Assembly (NCBI GenBank): GCA_947589185.1 | Contig: CANQCK010000002.1 | Location: 60,925 to 124,924 of the forward strand | Length of the DNA: 64,000 nt | Direction of reading: 5' to 3' | Origin: an uncultured Clostridia bacterium | Lineage (GTDB): Bacteria > Bacillota > Clostridia > Oscillospirales > Ruminococcaceae | Part shown: positions 9,913 through 19,858 of the stretch, one piece after another | Layout of the letters: the number at the start of each line of letters is the position of its first letter | Numbering within the stretch: position 1 is the stretch's first letter | Translations under genes and position numbers: made by a program | The notes under the pieces: generated by a model | Database searches by the model: none | What the model saw: the letters and a program-made list of their open reading frames with translations, nothing else | What the model was told of the DNA's origin: nothing

Positions 9913-10842
9913 CTAATCCCTCCTGTTTTTTGATTTCACTGCCCCGACGGGCTTTGCCTTTGTTATCATATCAATATACGGAGTGAGTATGTTCATAATA
10001 AGAATTGAGAATGATACTCCCTCCGCCATAGACGCATAAAAACGAATTACGCAAGTAATAATTCCGCAGCCTATGCCGAATATAACCTTTCCCCAGAAGG
10101 TTATCGGTGTGGTAACATAATCTGTAGCCATAAATATTGCACCCAAAAGCACTCCGCCCGATAAAATCTGATAAAGCGGATCAGCCCCGACAATAAATGA
10201 GAACAACCCAACCGTCAGCAGAAAAAACAAGGGCGTGGCAGGAGAAATTATACGTCTTATGACAAGATAAATCCCTCCGATGATAAGTGCAAGTGCACAG
10301 GTCTCTCCCAGACATCCGCCTGTCATTCCAAGGAACAAGTCTAAATAATCTTCGTTTTGGGTCACTAAAGGAGTAGCACTAGTTACAGCGTCCGTTATCT
10401 GAAACGCTTGCGGAAGCGTCCAGTTAGTCATTGCTCCGGTAAAGGAAAGTGCTAAAACAATTCTTCCAACGATAGCCGGGTTTGCAAAATTCTGACCCAG
10501 TCCGCCAAACAAGCACTTTACTATTACGATTGCCACAAATGTTCCTATAGCCGCCATCCAGAACGGAAGCGAAGGAGGAAGATTAAATGCAAGCAAAATA
10601 CCTGTTACCACAGCAGATAGATCACCTATAGTATTAGGCTTTTTTGTTATTATATTAAACAGCGTTTCCCATACAAGAGATGTCGCGACGCACACAAGAA
10701 TTAAAAATAACGCACGAAATCCAAATATAATTCCTGACGCTATTACAGCAGGGCAAAGAGCAATAATAACATTCAGCATAATTTTCTGAGTTGTCATTCC
10801 CGAACGCACATGAGGCGACGGAGAAACTATCAGCTTTTCCAT
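9913..10842 (-). CDS. rnfD: Rnf complex subunit D
   Basis: 309-aa polytopic membrane protein starting SPSPHVRS. Position in operon fits. Confidence 0.88.
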   Translation of the reverse strand: MEKLIVSPSPHVRSGMTTQKIMLNVIIALCPAVIASGIIFGFRALFLILVCVATSLVWETLFNIITKKPNTIGDLSAVVTGILLAFNLPPSLPFWMAAIGTFVAIVIVKCLFGGLGQNFANPAIVGRIVLALSFTGAMTNWTLPQAFQITDAVTSATPLVTQNEDYLDLFLGMTGGCLGETCALALIIGGIYLVIRRIISPATPLFFLLTVGLFSFIVGADPLYQILSGGVLLGAIFMATDYVTTPITFWGKVIFGIGCGIITCVIRFYASMAEGVSFSILIMNILTPYIDMITKAKPVGAVKSKNRRD

Positions 10843-10859
10843 ATATTATTTCTCTCTTT

Positions 10860-12155
10860 CTAATTATTCTCTGAAACAAACATCTTTGAAAGCTGATTTG
10901 TCTCAGCAAGATTACGCTTAGCAGGGCAAACATACGAACAGCTTCCGCAGTTCATACAGAGATTGACCTTTAGTGCTTTTAGTCTATCTGCATCTCTTTG
11001 CTGATATGCCTTTTCAAGCTCGGTAGGCATAAGCCCAGCCGGACAGGCATTTATACACCTTCCGCAGCGTATGCAGTTTGTCTGAACTTCTTTTTTATCC
11101 TTTTTTAAAGCAAGAACAGCGTTGTTTGTCTTAATAACAGGCGTACTCAAATCATAAATACACATTCCCATCATCAGCCCGCCTGTGAGAACCTTTCTTG
11201 CCTTATCCTCTTCCCAATCTGCAAATTTAAGCAGCTCGGCAATTGATATGCCTATTGGAACTTTTACATTGCACGGAGACTTAACTGCGTCTCCGTCAAT
11301 TGTGATACGCCTCCAAGTAAGCGGCATACCGGTTTTAAAATATCTGTTCAAAAAGGCAACCGTTGACACATTTATAACTATAATTCCCTGATGAGACGGC
11401 AGCTCGCCTTCTTTTATCGTTTTTCCCGTGGCGTTGTAGGCAATAACCTTTTCCGCACCCTGAGGATAAAGAGTCGATAATCCTACAACTTTTATTGAAG
11501 CGTCGTTTGAAGTCATATTTCTTAAAAGCTCTATAGCCTTAGGCTTATTTTTTTCAATGCATATGTACGCTTTTTCTATTTTTAGAATTTTCTGAATTGT
11601 TTTTATTCCGTTTATTACATCATTCGGATTTTCTATCATTTCACGGTAATCGCTTGTTATATAAGGCTCACATTCGGCGGCATTAATTACAAGGCTGTCT
11701 ATATGAGTTTTATCTTCATCAAAATTGAGCTTTATGTGCGTAGGAAATCCTGCTCCTCCTAATCCGCAGCAGCCGCTTTCTCTTACCGCTTTTATCAGAG
11801 ACGCCTTATCTGTAATAACGGGAGGCTTTATATCCTCGCTTACAGTTTGTTTTCCGTCACATTCAATTTTTATGCTTTTGCACTTTCTTCCGTTTGAAGA
11901 AAGATAATCGTCTATTGCCACCACCTTACCTGATACGCTTGAATGTATAGGCATTGACATAAACGCCTCGCTGTCGCCTATTTTCTGCCCGACCTTTACC
12001 TCGTCCCCGACAGAAACCAAAGGCTCACAGTGTACGCCCATATGCTGCGACATAGGAATTGATACTGTTTCGGGAACAGGGAATCTTATTGTTTCGCAGT
12101 TTTCTGTATTCTTTCTATGCGGAATTTTTATACAGTTCAGGGACAAATTTATCAC
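10860..12155 (-). CDS. rnfC: Rnf complex subunit C
   Basis: 431 aa with SQHMG, GLGGAGFPTH and two C-terminal CxxCxxCxxxCP clusters. The start is uncertain (GTG 12155 or TTG 12146). Confidence 0.88.
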   Translation of the reverse strand: MINLSLNCIKIPHRKNTENCETIRFPVPETVSIPMSQHMGVHCEPLVSVGDEVKVGQKIGDSEAFMSMPIHSSVSGKVVAIDDYLSSNGRKCKSIKIECDGKQTVSEDIKPPVITDKASLIKAVRESGCCGLGGAGFPTHIKLNFDEDKTHIDSLVINAAECEPYITSDYREMIENPNDVINGIKTIQKILKIEKAYICIEKNKPKAIELLRNMTSNDASIKVVGLSTLYPQGAEKVIAYNATGKTIKEGELPSHQGIIVINVSTVAFLNRYFKTGMPLTWRRITIDGDAVKSPCNVKVPIGISIAELLKFADWEEDKARKVLTGGLMMGMCIYDLSTPVIKTNNAVLALKKDKKEVQTNCIRCGRCINACPAGLMPTELEKAYQQRDADRLKALKVNLCMNCGSCSYVCPAKRNLAETNQLSKMFVSENN

Positions 12156-12286
12156 CCTTTCATCACAGGTTTTATTTTTGTCAGTTTTTATTAAGACCTC
12201 TTCAAGATTTTACATATATTTTTATGCTATATATTATGGTATTGTTTTTTATTAAGAAAAATGTTAAAATACTATATGAAAACATT

Positions 12287-12922
12287 TTATTTATCAAGAT
12301 TTTTTATGTAATCCTCACTAAAAACAATTATATCATCCAAAGATTTATATTCAAGAGGAAATTGATGATACAATTTCATAAAAGATGTCTTTGGAGCATT
12401 TATTTTCATTCCTTTCAGTTTCCTTTCAAAGTTTGAGGAAAGCAATGCAAATGCCGGAGAAATGTAATCCTTGCTGACAGAAAAATAATTTTTATCGTTT
12501 TCAGAGTTAGCCAAAAACACACTGCGGAATATAGAATACATCGAAATAGAAAGAATATTCTCTGAACACTTTATCAATTCGGGATTCTTATAGCTCTCAA
12601 GCATAGAGTGAAAGATTTCTAAGACATGACTCATTTTTTTCATCTGATCGCTCAGTGCTTTAGAAACACTCTTATTCTTTTTTGTTATTCTTACGTTTCT
12701 TTTGTTTGATTTCGGTATACTTGTTCTTCCTAGAAGATAGTCGCAGGTAACATCATAATATTTTGCAATTCTCACCAGTAAATCAAGATTACATTCACGC
12801 TTTCCGTTTTCGTAATGAGACAGAAGCGCTTGTGATATATTAAGGTCGCACGCAACTTGTTTCTGACTCAATCCGTTTTCTGTACGAAGAACCGTCAGTA
12901 TTCTGGGAAAATCTTTATTCAT
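12287..12922 (-). CDS. XRE-family HTH regulator with uncharacterised C-terminal domain
   Basis: N-terminal LSQKQVACDLNISQALLSHYENGKR helix-turn-helix. About 140 aa of C-terminus has no recognisable motif. Confidence 0.7.
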   Translation of the reverse strand: MNKDFPRILTVLRTENGLSQKQVACDLNISQALLSHYENGKRECNLDLLVRIAKYYDVTCDYLLGRTSIPKSNKRNVRITKKNKSVSKALSDQMKKMSHVLEIFHSMLESYKNPELIKCSENILSISMYSIFRSVFLANSENDKNYFSVSKDYISPAFALLSSNFERKLKGMKINAPKTSFMKLYHQFPLEYKSLDDIIVFSEDYIKNLDK

Positions 12923-13134
12923 TTATAATTCACCGATCCTTTGTTATATACAATGCTATAGTTCTACATTCAATACTTTATTATGACTTAATGAAACAAA
13001 TTTTTCAAGACGGTAAATGCTCTAAAAAATGGGTATTATGTCGGTTATTATATATTCATGTATATTATAGTACTTTTTTAACAGAATGTAAAGCTATATT
13101 ATATTACAAAAATTAATTTCATAAGGAGAATTTT

Positions 13135-13848
13135 ATGACAGGTTACAGACTTAAACTAATACGCCACGGTATAACTCAAGGCAATCTTGACGGAAAATAC
13201 ATCGGTGTAACGGATATTCCTCTTTGCTCTGAGGGAGCACAGGAGCTCTATGAAAAAATGGAGCGAAATGATTACGGCACAGTTCAAAAGGTATTTTTAA
13301 GTCCTCTCAAACGCTGTAAAGAAACGGCGGCCATCTTATATCCGGAAGCAATTATAACCGAGATCCCCGAACTTACTGAAATGGACTTTGGAGATTTTGA
13401 AAACAAAAAAGCTGAAGATATTATGAACACCCCCGAATATAAAAAGTTTTTAAAGGGCGGTCTTGACAACCCTCCGCCTAACGGGGAAAGTATGAGAACA
13501 GTTGTTGAAAGATGCGTATCTGCAATGGAAAAGATAGTATCCTCTATGTTTCAGGAGGGAATGACTAACTGTGCCGTTATCACTCACGGAGGGATTATAA
13601 TGAATTTGCTCTCCTGCTTCGGGCTGCCGAAATACAACCCGAACAGTCTTGTGTGTGATTTCGGAGAAGGCTATGAAGTTATGATAACCGCCTCAATGTG
13701 GCAAAGGTCCACAGCATTTGAAATACTGGGGAGATTTCCTTACGTTTATGATGATGGCAGCGAGCCGCTTAGCGAGGAAGATATAAACGGCTTTTATTAT
13801 AATGAAGCTGTAGATACTTCATCTGCAGACGGAGAAGATAATATGTAA
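13135..13848 (+). CDS. histidine phosphatase family protein (phosphoglycerate-mutase-like)
   Basis: LIRHG catalytic motif at the N-terminus and ITHGG later in the protein. Confidence 0.8.
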   Translation: MTGYRLKLIRHGITQGNLDGKYIGVTDIPLCSEGAQELYEKMERNDYGTVQKVFLSPLKRCKETAAILYPEAIITEIPELTEMDFGDFENKKAEDIMNTPEYKKFLKGGLDNPPPNGESMRTVVERCVSAMEKIVSSMFQEGMTNCAVITHGGIIMNLLSCFGLPKYNPNSLVCDFGEGYEVMITASMWQRSTAFEILGRFPYVYDDGSEPLSEEDINGFYYNEAVDTSSADGEDNM

Positions 13849-13966
13849 AGCTTATAATCAATAAATTCTTTAGCGTATAAAATCTGGAAATAATTAATAT
13901 AATTTCGGTAATAATAGTAAACAAGCATTAACGAATATAAAAAGCAAAGAATATTTTAAACTGCGA

Positions 13967-14002
13967 AAGGAGGATGCTCTCAGCGAGCATAGCCATTTTA
14001 TG
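13967..14002 (+). promoter_or_regulatory. SD-hairpin-AUG cassette, instance 2
   Basis: AAGGAGG-AUGCUC(UCAGC)GAGCAU-AGCCAUUUU-AUG. Confidence 0.55.
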
Positions 14003-15952
14003 AAGGACGGATTTATAAAGGTTGCGGCAATAACACCCGAAATCAAAGTTGCCGACGTAGATTTTAATGTAAATAATATAATTTCGCATATAACCCGTGC
14101 ATATAAAGAGGGTATTAAGCTATGCGTCTTTCCTGAGCTTTGTATAACATCATATACCTGTCAGGATTTGTTCAATCAAAGACTGCTTACAGATAAGGCT
14201 TTAGAGGGTCTTGAAAGGATAGTGAAATCTACCGAAAACAAGGAAATAATTTGCACAGTAGGCTGCCCGCTTGTCAAAAACGGCAAGCTATACAACTGCG
14301 GAGTTGTTATATATAACGGCGACATTCTGGGCGTTGTTCCAAAAACTTCGCTGCCCAGTTATAATGAATTTTACGAAATGCGTCACTTTGCTCCTGCACC
14401 CAAAGAAAACGAAGAAATAGAGCTTTTCGGCAAAATCTGTCCGTTTGGCTCAAAAATTTTGTTCAAATCAAGAGAAATGAAAGAGTTTATTTATACCGTT
14501 GAAATCTGCGAAGATCTTTGGACGCCTTGTCCTGTTTCAAATCAGCACGCTTTAGCGGGAGCGACCCTGATAGGCAATCTTTCAGCCTCTGATGAGGTTA
14601 TAGGAAAAGATGAATACAGGCGAGAGCTTGTAAAAAACCAGTCAGCAAGACTTATCTGCGGATATGTATACTGTTCCGCCGGAGAAGGCGAATCCACTCA
14701 GGATATGGTGTTTTCAGGTCACAATATCATTGCAGAAAACGGAGCAATTTTAAATCAAAGCAGATTATTTGAAAATGAAATGACCGTTTCTGAATTAGAC
14801 CTGCAAAAACTCTCAGGGGAAAGAAAAAAGATGTCGACATTCCCCGAAAGTGACGACAGCGGTTATGTTACGGCAGAATTCTCAATGAAGCTTAAAGACA
14901 CACAGCTTACCAGATTCTATTCGCAGACGCCATTTATACCATATGATGAATTTGAGAAAAACAGCCGATGCGAACTTATTCTGCGAATGCAGTCGGAGGG
15001 GCTGAAAAAGCGAATTTCACATACAAAATCAAAGTCGGTAGTTATTGGGATTTCAGGAGGGCTTGACAGTGCTCTTGCACTTTTGGTTTGTGTAAACGCT
15101 GTGGATCTGCTCAACCGCAGCAGAGAGGATATAATTGCGGTCACTATGCCTTGCTTCGGCACAACTAAACGCACACGCTCAAACGCTGAAATTCTTTGCA
15201 ATACTCTCGGTGTAACATTCAAAGAGGTTGACATAACAAGCTCGGTGCTTCAGCACTTTGAAGATATAGGTCACGACCAAAGCAACCACGACGTTGTCTT
15301 TGAAAACGGGCAGGCTAGAGAGCGAACACAGGTCTTGATGAATATTGCAAATCAGGTCAGCGGATTTGTAGTCGGCACAGGTGATTTGTCAGAGCTTGCA
15401 CTCGGCTGGGCGACTTACAACGGCGACCATATGTCTATGTACGGCGTAAACGCTTCCGTTCCGAAAACGCTCGTTCGCCACATAATTAAATATTATGCCG
15501 ATACCTGCGGAAATAATGCAGTCAAAGACGTTCTCTACGATATTTTTGATACGCCTGTCTCGCCCGAGCTTTTGCCGACAGATGAAAGTAAAGAGAACAT
15601 AACACAGAAAACCGAAGATATTGTCGGCCCTTATGAGCTTCACGACTTCTTTTTATACTACGCAATAAGGTGGGGTTTTCCGCCGAAAAAGGTGCTGAGA
15701 CTTGCAAAATACGCATTTGACGGAAAGTATGATAACATAACTATTTTAAAATGGCTGGAAAAGTTTTATTCGAGGTTTTTCTCACAGCAGTTCAAGCGTT
15801 CCTGCCTGCCTGACGGAGCAAAGATCGGTACGGTTACGCTTTCTCCCAGAGGTGATTGGAGAATGCCCAGCGACGCAGTTTCAAAACTGTGGATCGACGA
15901 GCTGGAACAGGACAAGAAAAACGATATGCCGTTTTTATACTTTACCAAATAA
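14000..15952 (+). CDS. nadE: glutamine-dependent NAD+ synthetase
   Basis: 650 aa with an N-terminal CN-hydrolase domain (FPELCITSY, EICEDLW) and a C-terminal NAD synthase domain with the SGGLDS P-loop. Confidence 0.9.
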   Translation: MKDGFIKVAAITPEIKVADVDFNVNNIISHITRAYKEGIKLCVFPELCITSYTCQDLFNQRLLTDKALEGLERIVKSTENKEIICTVGCPLVKNGKLYNCGVVIYNGDILGVVPKTSLPSYNEFYEMRHFAPAPKENEEIELFGKICPFGSKILFKSREMKEFIYTVEICEDLWTPCPVSNQHALAGATLIGNLSASDEVIGKDEYRRELVKNQSARLICGYVYCSAGEGESTQDMVFSGHNIIAENGAILNQSRLFENEMTVSELDLQKLSGERKKMSTFPESDDSGYVTAEFSMKLKDTQLTRFYSQTPFIPYDEFEKNSRCELILRMQSEGLKKRISHTKSKSVVIGISGGLDSALALLVCVNAVDLLNRSREDIIAVTMPCFGTTKRTRSNAEILCNTLGVTFKEVDITSSVLQHFEDIGHDQSNHDVVFENGQARERTQVLMNIANQVSGFVVGTGDLSELALGWATYNGDHMSMYGVNASVPKTLVRHIIKYYADTCGNNAVKDVLYDIFDTPVSPELLPTDESKENITQKTEDIVGPYELHDFFLYYAIRWGFPPKKVLRLAKYAFDGKYDNITILKWLEKFYSRFFSQQFKRSCLPDGAKIGTVTLSPRGDWRMPSDAVSKLWIDELEQDKKNDMPFLYFTK

Positions 15953-15956
15953 CGAT

Positions 15957-15988
15957 AAAGAGCATAACCCTTTTGGGTTATGCTCTTT
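15957..15988. terminator. bidirectional intrinsic terminator
   Basis: AAAGAGCATAACCC-TTTT-GGGTTATGCTCTTT between convergent genes. Confidence 0.8.
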
Positions 15989-15997
15989 CTTTTATGT

Positions 15998-16990
15998 TTA
16001 AACACGCTCAGAACACTTTTTATCCGCTATCTCTATTAATTCTTTTTCTGCTTCTATATCACTGAAATACGGATAGGTTTTCGCACATTTATTAAACTCT
16101 TTTTTTAAAATTTCCGCTTTTGTATTATCCCTCTCCGCTAAAAGAGCATAAGCATATTTCATTCGCAGAACTGACGGGTATTTTCCCATTGACTTTATAA
16201 ACTTTTTCAACTCCTTAGTCAGCATTTTATTCAGATTAACCTGTCGGTTTTCAGAAATCAACTCACAATAAATACAATCACATACTAAAAGATTTCTATG
16301 CAGACCAATTATTGCTGTATTTGCCTCTAACAAACGCTCCATCAAACTGTATGCTTCTTCAAATTTATGCTCATCCATTAAGCGGTTGCAGGCAAATACT
16401 CCTATAGCGGCAATCATATTATTTTCCATTGCTTCATCTGAAGGTATAACAAACCATTCTTTTGGCATTTCTTTTAGGCGAATTCTTTTAGCAAGCTGCT
16501 CATTGATTTTAAGCTGCAGCCAAAATGCACGAAGTGCTTCATTATTTTTTCTAAGAGAAAAGGCGTTATATCCATCATTATCTATCATTCCCAAACGCAT
16601 TGGAACACCATTAATCACGGCAATGCAAAATCCAACTACAGCCAGCATAAGCATAATCATTGAGAAAAGCGATGATCCGCCGAACAGAAAATAAAGTCCA
16701 AGAAATATAAAACTCGCAATTACATTCATCAGCGAGCCGCCAAGATTATATAAAACAACCGGTATTTTTCCATCAATCATTTCAGGCGGTATCAGCAAAC
16801 ACTGTCCAGCAGTTCCTGAAATGAACAGTCTTTTGAAAGATAGCTTGTCGTTTTCCTTGATCCATATAAAGTTAGCAATGCGAAAAGACGAAAATCGGTA
16901 TCCTGTAAACAAACCGAATACAAGGTGTCCAGCCTCGTGAATTATCGTTTGAATATACATTGCTATATATATAAGCCAACCATACCGCAA
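15998..16990 (-). CDS. M50-like membrane zinc metalloprotease with helical-repeat C-terminus (catalytic part)
   Basis: HEAGH (HExxH) inside a TM segment near the N-terminus, further TM helices, then a soluble C-terminal domain. Begins at a TTG immediately after an in-frame TGA. Confidence 0.55.
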   Translation of the reverse strand: MRYGWLIYIAMYIQTIIHEAGHLVFGLFTGYRFSSFRIANFIWIKENDKLSFKRLFISGTAGQCLLIPPEMIDGKIPVVLYNLGGSLMNVIASFIFLGLYFLFGGSSLFSMIMLMLAVVGFCIAVINGVPMRLGMIDNDGYNAFSLRKNNEALRAFWLQLKINEQLAKRIRLKEMPKEWFVIPSDEAMENNMIAAIGVFACNRLMDEHKFEEAYSLMERLLEANTAIIGLHRNLLVCDCIYCELISENRQVNLNKMLTKELKKFIKSMGKYPSVLRMKYAYALLAERDNTKAEILKKEFNKCAKTYPYFSDIEAEKELIEIADKKCSERV

Positions 16991-17144
16991 AAATCAGCAA
17001 GCCTTCACCAAATGACCTTTCTAAATTTGTTTTACTGTCATATTTTGCAAACAGTATACCGCAGATTATACCGGTCAGAAGAGGAAGAATCATTACTATA
17101 CACGTCTGCCAAGCGGTTTTTTTCTTTTTTGAAATATCTTTCAT
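16872..17144 (-). pseudogene. N-terminal TM fragment probably belonging to the metalloprotease (frameshift at a T5 run)
   Basis: ATG 17144 with a good SD (AAAGGAGA). The frame runs into the 15998-16990 ORF, and removing one T from the minus-strand T5 run (16989-16993) fuses the two. Confidence 0.4.
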
Positions 17145-17167
17145 TGACTATTCTCCTTTCATTTTTG

Positions 17168-18118
17168 CTAGCCTACAAAAATACACCCCACTGTCTTTGC
17201 AATATATACGATTACAGGCAAAGTAACTACCGAGAGTATTGTTGAAAGCCCGAATATTTGAGACGAATACGAAGAGTTTTTATCAAACCTTATCGCAAGC
17301 ATTGTCCCAATCGTTGCGGACGGACAGGAAAGCCCGACTATTGTAGTAATTTTCGCTGTTTCATTAGGGCAGGGGAAGAAATATAGAAGCAAAATCAAAA
17401 TTACAGGAGTTATAATCAGTTTTAAGGCGGACACAAAATATATTCTTGGTTTTCTTAAAGCCTTTAGAAGGTTTGAGTTTGCTATAGTAACTCCGGCAAC
17501 AAACATAGCCAGCGGAGTTATTATATTATTTACATAAGAAAGAGTATCAAAAAGCAGTCCGGGTATTCTGATTTGAAATACAAAAAGCAAAAAGCCCAAA
17601 ACTGTAGCAAGTATTGTGGGGTTTGTTATTATTTTTTTAAATGAAACCTCCGACTTATCCCCTGATATAGTCAAAACCCCGTGCGTCCAGACCATTATAT
17701 TAAAGACCGTGTTTATTGCCGTTATGTATAAAACTCCCTCCGAGCCGAAAAGGGCAAGGGCAAGGGGAATTCCCATAAAACCGCAGTTTGAGTAGGAAGC
17801 ATTAATGCGTTCTATACCTATATTCTTATCTTTTCCTCTCAATAAAAGATAAGAAACAGCTATAAACATTAAAAGTCCTGCCGCAGAAAGCAAAAGTGCA
17901 TATCCCAATCCTTTAAAAAGACGAAGTGAAAAGTCCTGCTGATAGGAAACAATTATCACAGCGGGGTTTACAATATATAATACAAGATTGGTAAGACTTT
18001 TATTGCCCTCAAGAGATACGAGTCTGGTTTTGAAACAAATTGCACCTATGCAAATAAGTATAAGCATAACTGACACTTGTTTTAAAAGAATAAGGGATAG
18101 TTCCATAATAGTCACCAT
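17168..18118 (-). CDS. AEC (auxin efflux carrier) family transporter
   Basis: 316-aa 10-TM protein with typical AEC N-terminal sequence. An alternative start at ATG 18106 has a better SD. Confidence 0.8.
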   Translation of the reverse strand: MVTIMELSLILLKQVSVMLILICIGAICFKTRLVSLEGNKSLTNLVLYIVNPAVIIVSYQQDFSLRLFKGLGYALLLSAAGLLMFIAVSYLLLRGKDKNIGIERINASYSNCGFMGIPLALALFGSEGVLYITAINTVFNIMVWTHGVLTISGDKSEVSFKKIITNPTILATVLGFLLFVFQIRIPGLLFDTLSYVNNIITPLAMFVAGVTIANSNLLKALRKPRIYFVSALKLIITPVILILLLYFFPCPNETAKITTIVGLSCPSATIGTMLAIRFDKNSSYSSQIFGLSTILSVVTLPVIVYIAKTVGCIFVG

Positions 18119-18131
18119 TCAATAAAAATTT

Positions 18132-18156
18132 TAGGCGGCAGATTTGCCGCCTTAGA
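18132..18156. terminator. intrinsic terminator hairpin
   Basis: AGGCGGCA-GATT-TGCCGCCT between the ECF S-component and the AEC transporter. Confidence 0.6.
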
Positions 18157-18180
18157 TATGTTAATATTTACATTTATAAA

Positions 18181-18768
18181 TTATTTAGCCGTAACAGCTT
18201 TCTTTGCCTTGCCGATAGATATGATTTTTACTATAACAGGGCTTAATACAATATTCAACGCCATTTCAATCAAAAAGTTTACGCCGACCAAAGCAAAAAT
18301 CATATACGCTCCGGCACTTTCATATCCTGCTGCCGCTGACCATGTATTAATTGTATCCATAAAGAATATCCTGCATCCTAACAGGAAAACTCCTGTGTTA
18401 ACAATTGGGCAGACAATTGCCGATACAAAAACTGCGGCAATTTGATTTTTCTTTTCTAAAAGTAAATAAACAAGTCCTGCAACAAGTCCTGCAAGTGCTC
18501 CTTTTAAAATACAGGTTATAATCGTTCCGGGTATGTTTACTGCCAGAAATGCCGATGCATCGGTTAACAGTACCACTACGCCGAATACAAAACCGAGCCA
18601 TGCCCCTGCCTTATAGCCGTACATTGCCGCACCGACTACTATAGGTACAAGTACCAGCGAAATGTTGAATACTACCATTGGTCTGATAACTACAGCAAGC
18701 ACCTGAAGTACCACTACAATAGCTGTAAACAGACCTACTCCTACGATTTTCTTTGTTGTGTTTGACAT
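18181..18768 (-). CDS. ECF-transporter S component (PanT-like by context)
   Basis: 195-aa protein with about 6 TM segments, directly downstream of coaX. The substrate assignment rests only on that adjacency. Confidence 0.5.
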   Translation of the reverse strand: MSNTTKKIVGVGLFTAIVVVLQVLAVVIRPMVVFNISLVLVPIVVGAAMYGYKAGAWLGFVFGVVVLLTDASAFLAVNIPGTIITCILKGALAGLVAGLVYLLLEKKNQIAAVFVSAIVCPIVNTGVFLLGCRIFFMDTINTWSAAAGYESAGAYMIFALVGVNFLIEMALNIVLSPVIVKIISIGKAKKAVTAK

Positions 18769-18836
18769 AAAAATTCTCCTAACTACTGTTCAAACCCTTT
18801 GTTTTGATACAGTGTGTAAATTTAAGAATGCCGAAA

Positions 18837-19619
18837 CTAATTTTTTACTTTTGCGTTTTTCCTGTAAATAGCATAAAGTCCGTCTGAAACAACATTAGCG
18901 TCTACAACAATATTCTCAGCCGTACAATGCTTAACTATGCCTCCTGCAAGACCTCCCGTTACTACAGCGACAGCGTCGTTTCCAAGTATCTTACGATACT
19001 TGTCTATCATACCGTCCAGCATAGATGCCGCTCCTAACACAACACCCGAAGTTATGGAGTCTTTAGTGTTTGCTCCGATAACTATATCGCTTGCTGCGTC
19101 AAGGTTAATATGAGGAAGGTTAGCCGTCTTGCTCGCCAGAACCTCAAGAGACAGCATCACTCCCGGACATATTGAACCGCCCAGAAAAACTTTGTCTTTG
19201 TCAATTGCACTTATGGTAGTAGCTGTTCCCATATCAATTATGATACAAGGTGCACTGTACTTTTCAAGTGCTCCTATCGCTCCGCAAACAAGGTCTGCTC
19301 CAAGCTCTGAGGGGTCTCCCAGCTTGATGTTAAGACCCGTCTTTATACCCGGACCGACAACAAATGCGTTCACTTTTGCCACCTTTTTTATAGCTGATTT
19401 AAGTGCAGGTACTATCGACGGCACTACAGATGAAATTATCGCTCCCTCGAAAGTCTCGCTGTTACAGTTGTAAAGACTGATGATGTTTTTTATGTCGATC
19501 GCATACTGATCCTCCATTTTTGAAGCTTCAGTTGCAATTCTTGACGTGAATACTTCTTTATCATCTTTATATGCCGATAATACTATGTTTGTATTTCCAA
19601 CATCAACAGTTAAAACCAT
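18837..19619 (-). CDS. coaX: type III pantothenate kinase
   Basis: MVLTVDVGNTN N-terminus and DMGTATT motif; 260 aa. Confidence 0.9.
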   Translation of the reverse strand: MVLTVDVGNTNIVLSAYKDDKEVFTSRIATEASKMEDQYAIDIKNIISLYNCNSETFEGAIISSVVPSIVPALKSAIKKVAKVNAFVVGPGIKTGLNIKLGDPSELGADLVCGAIGALEKYSAPCIIIDMGTATTISAIDKDKVFLGGSICPGVMLSLEVLASKTANLPHINLDAASDIVIGANTKDSITSGVVLGAASMLDGMIDKYRKILGNDAVAVVTGGLAGGIVKHCTAENIVVDANVVSDGLYAIYRKNAKVKN

Positions 19620-19822
19620 AAAACTTCTCCCAAGTAAAATTTAAGAATAAGCATTCTCATAAATGCGATTATACACTAAATTTTGTTTTTTTTCAAGTGC
19701 TAAATTTTCATCTGCTGTTTTAACCACTAAATATAGCGTTTAATACGTTTGTAACTTCATCATTTTGTTACTCAATAAGATCAATTGTAATTATTTTGTT
19801 ACAATTCGTAATTGCTTTGTTA

Positions 19823-19852
19823 TTGCAAACGCCATTGTCCTGAGAGTATAAT
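19823..19852 (+). promoter_or_regulatory. putative sigmaA promoter
   Basis: TTGCAA-18 nt-TATAAT. Confidence 0.4.
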
Positions 19853-19858
19853 AATCAT

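Noticed and set aside
10655-10933. 92-aa minus-strand ORF bridging the rnfD start and rnfC end; also assorted 60-115-aa antisense ORFs inside nadE, fucI, the U32 gene, the AGCS gene and others
   Set aside because: All overlap strongly supported genes in other frames or on the other strand, lack an SD and have skewed composition.
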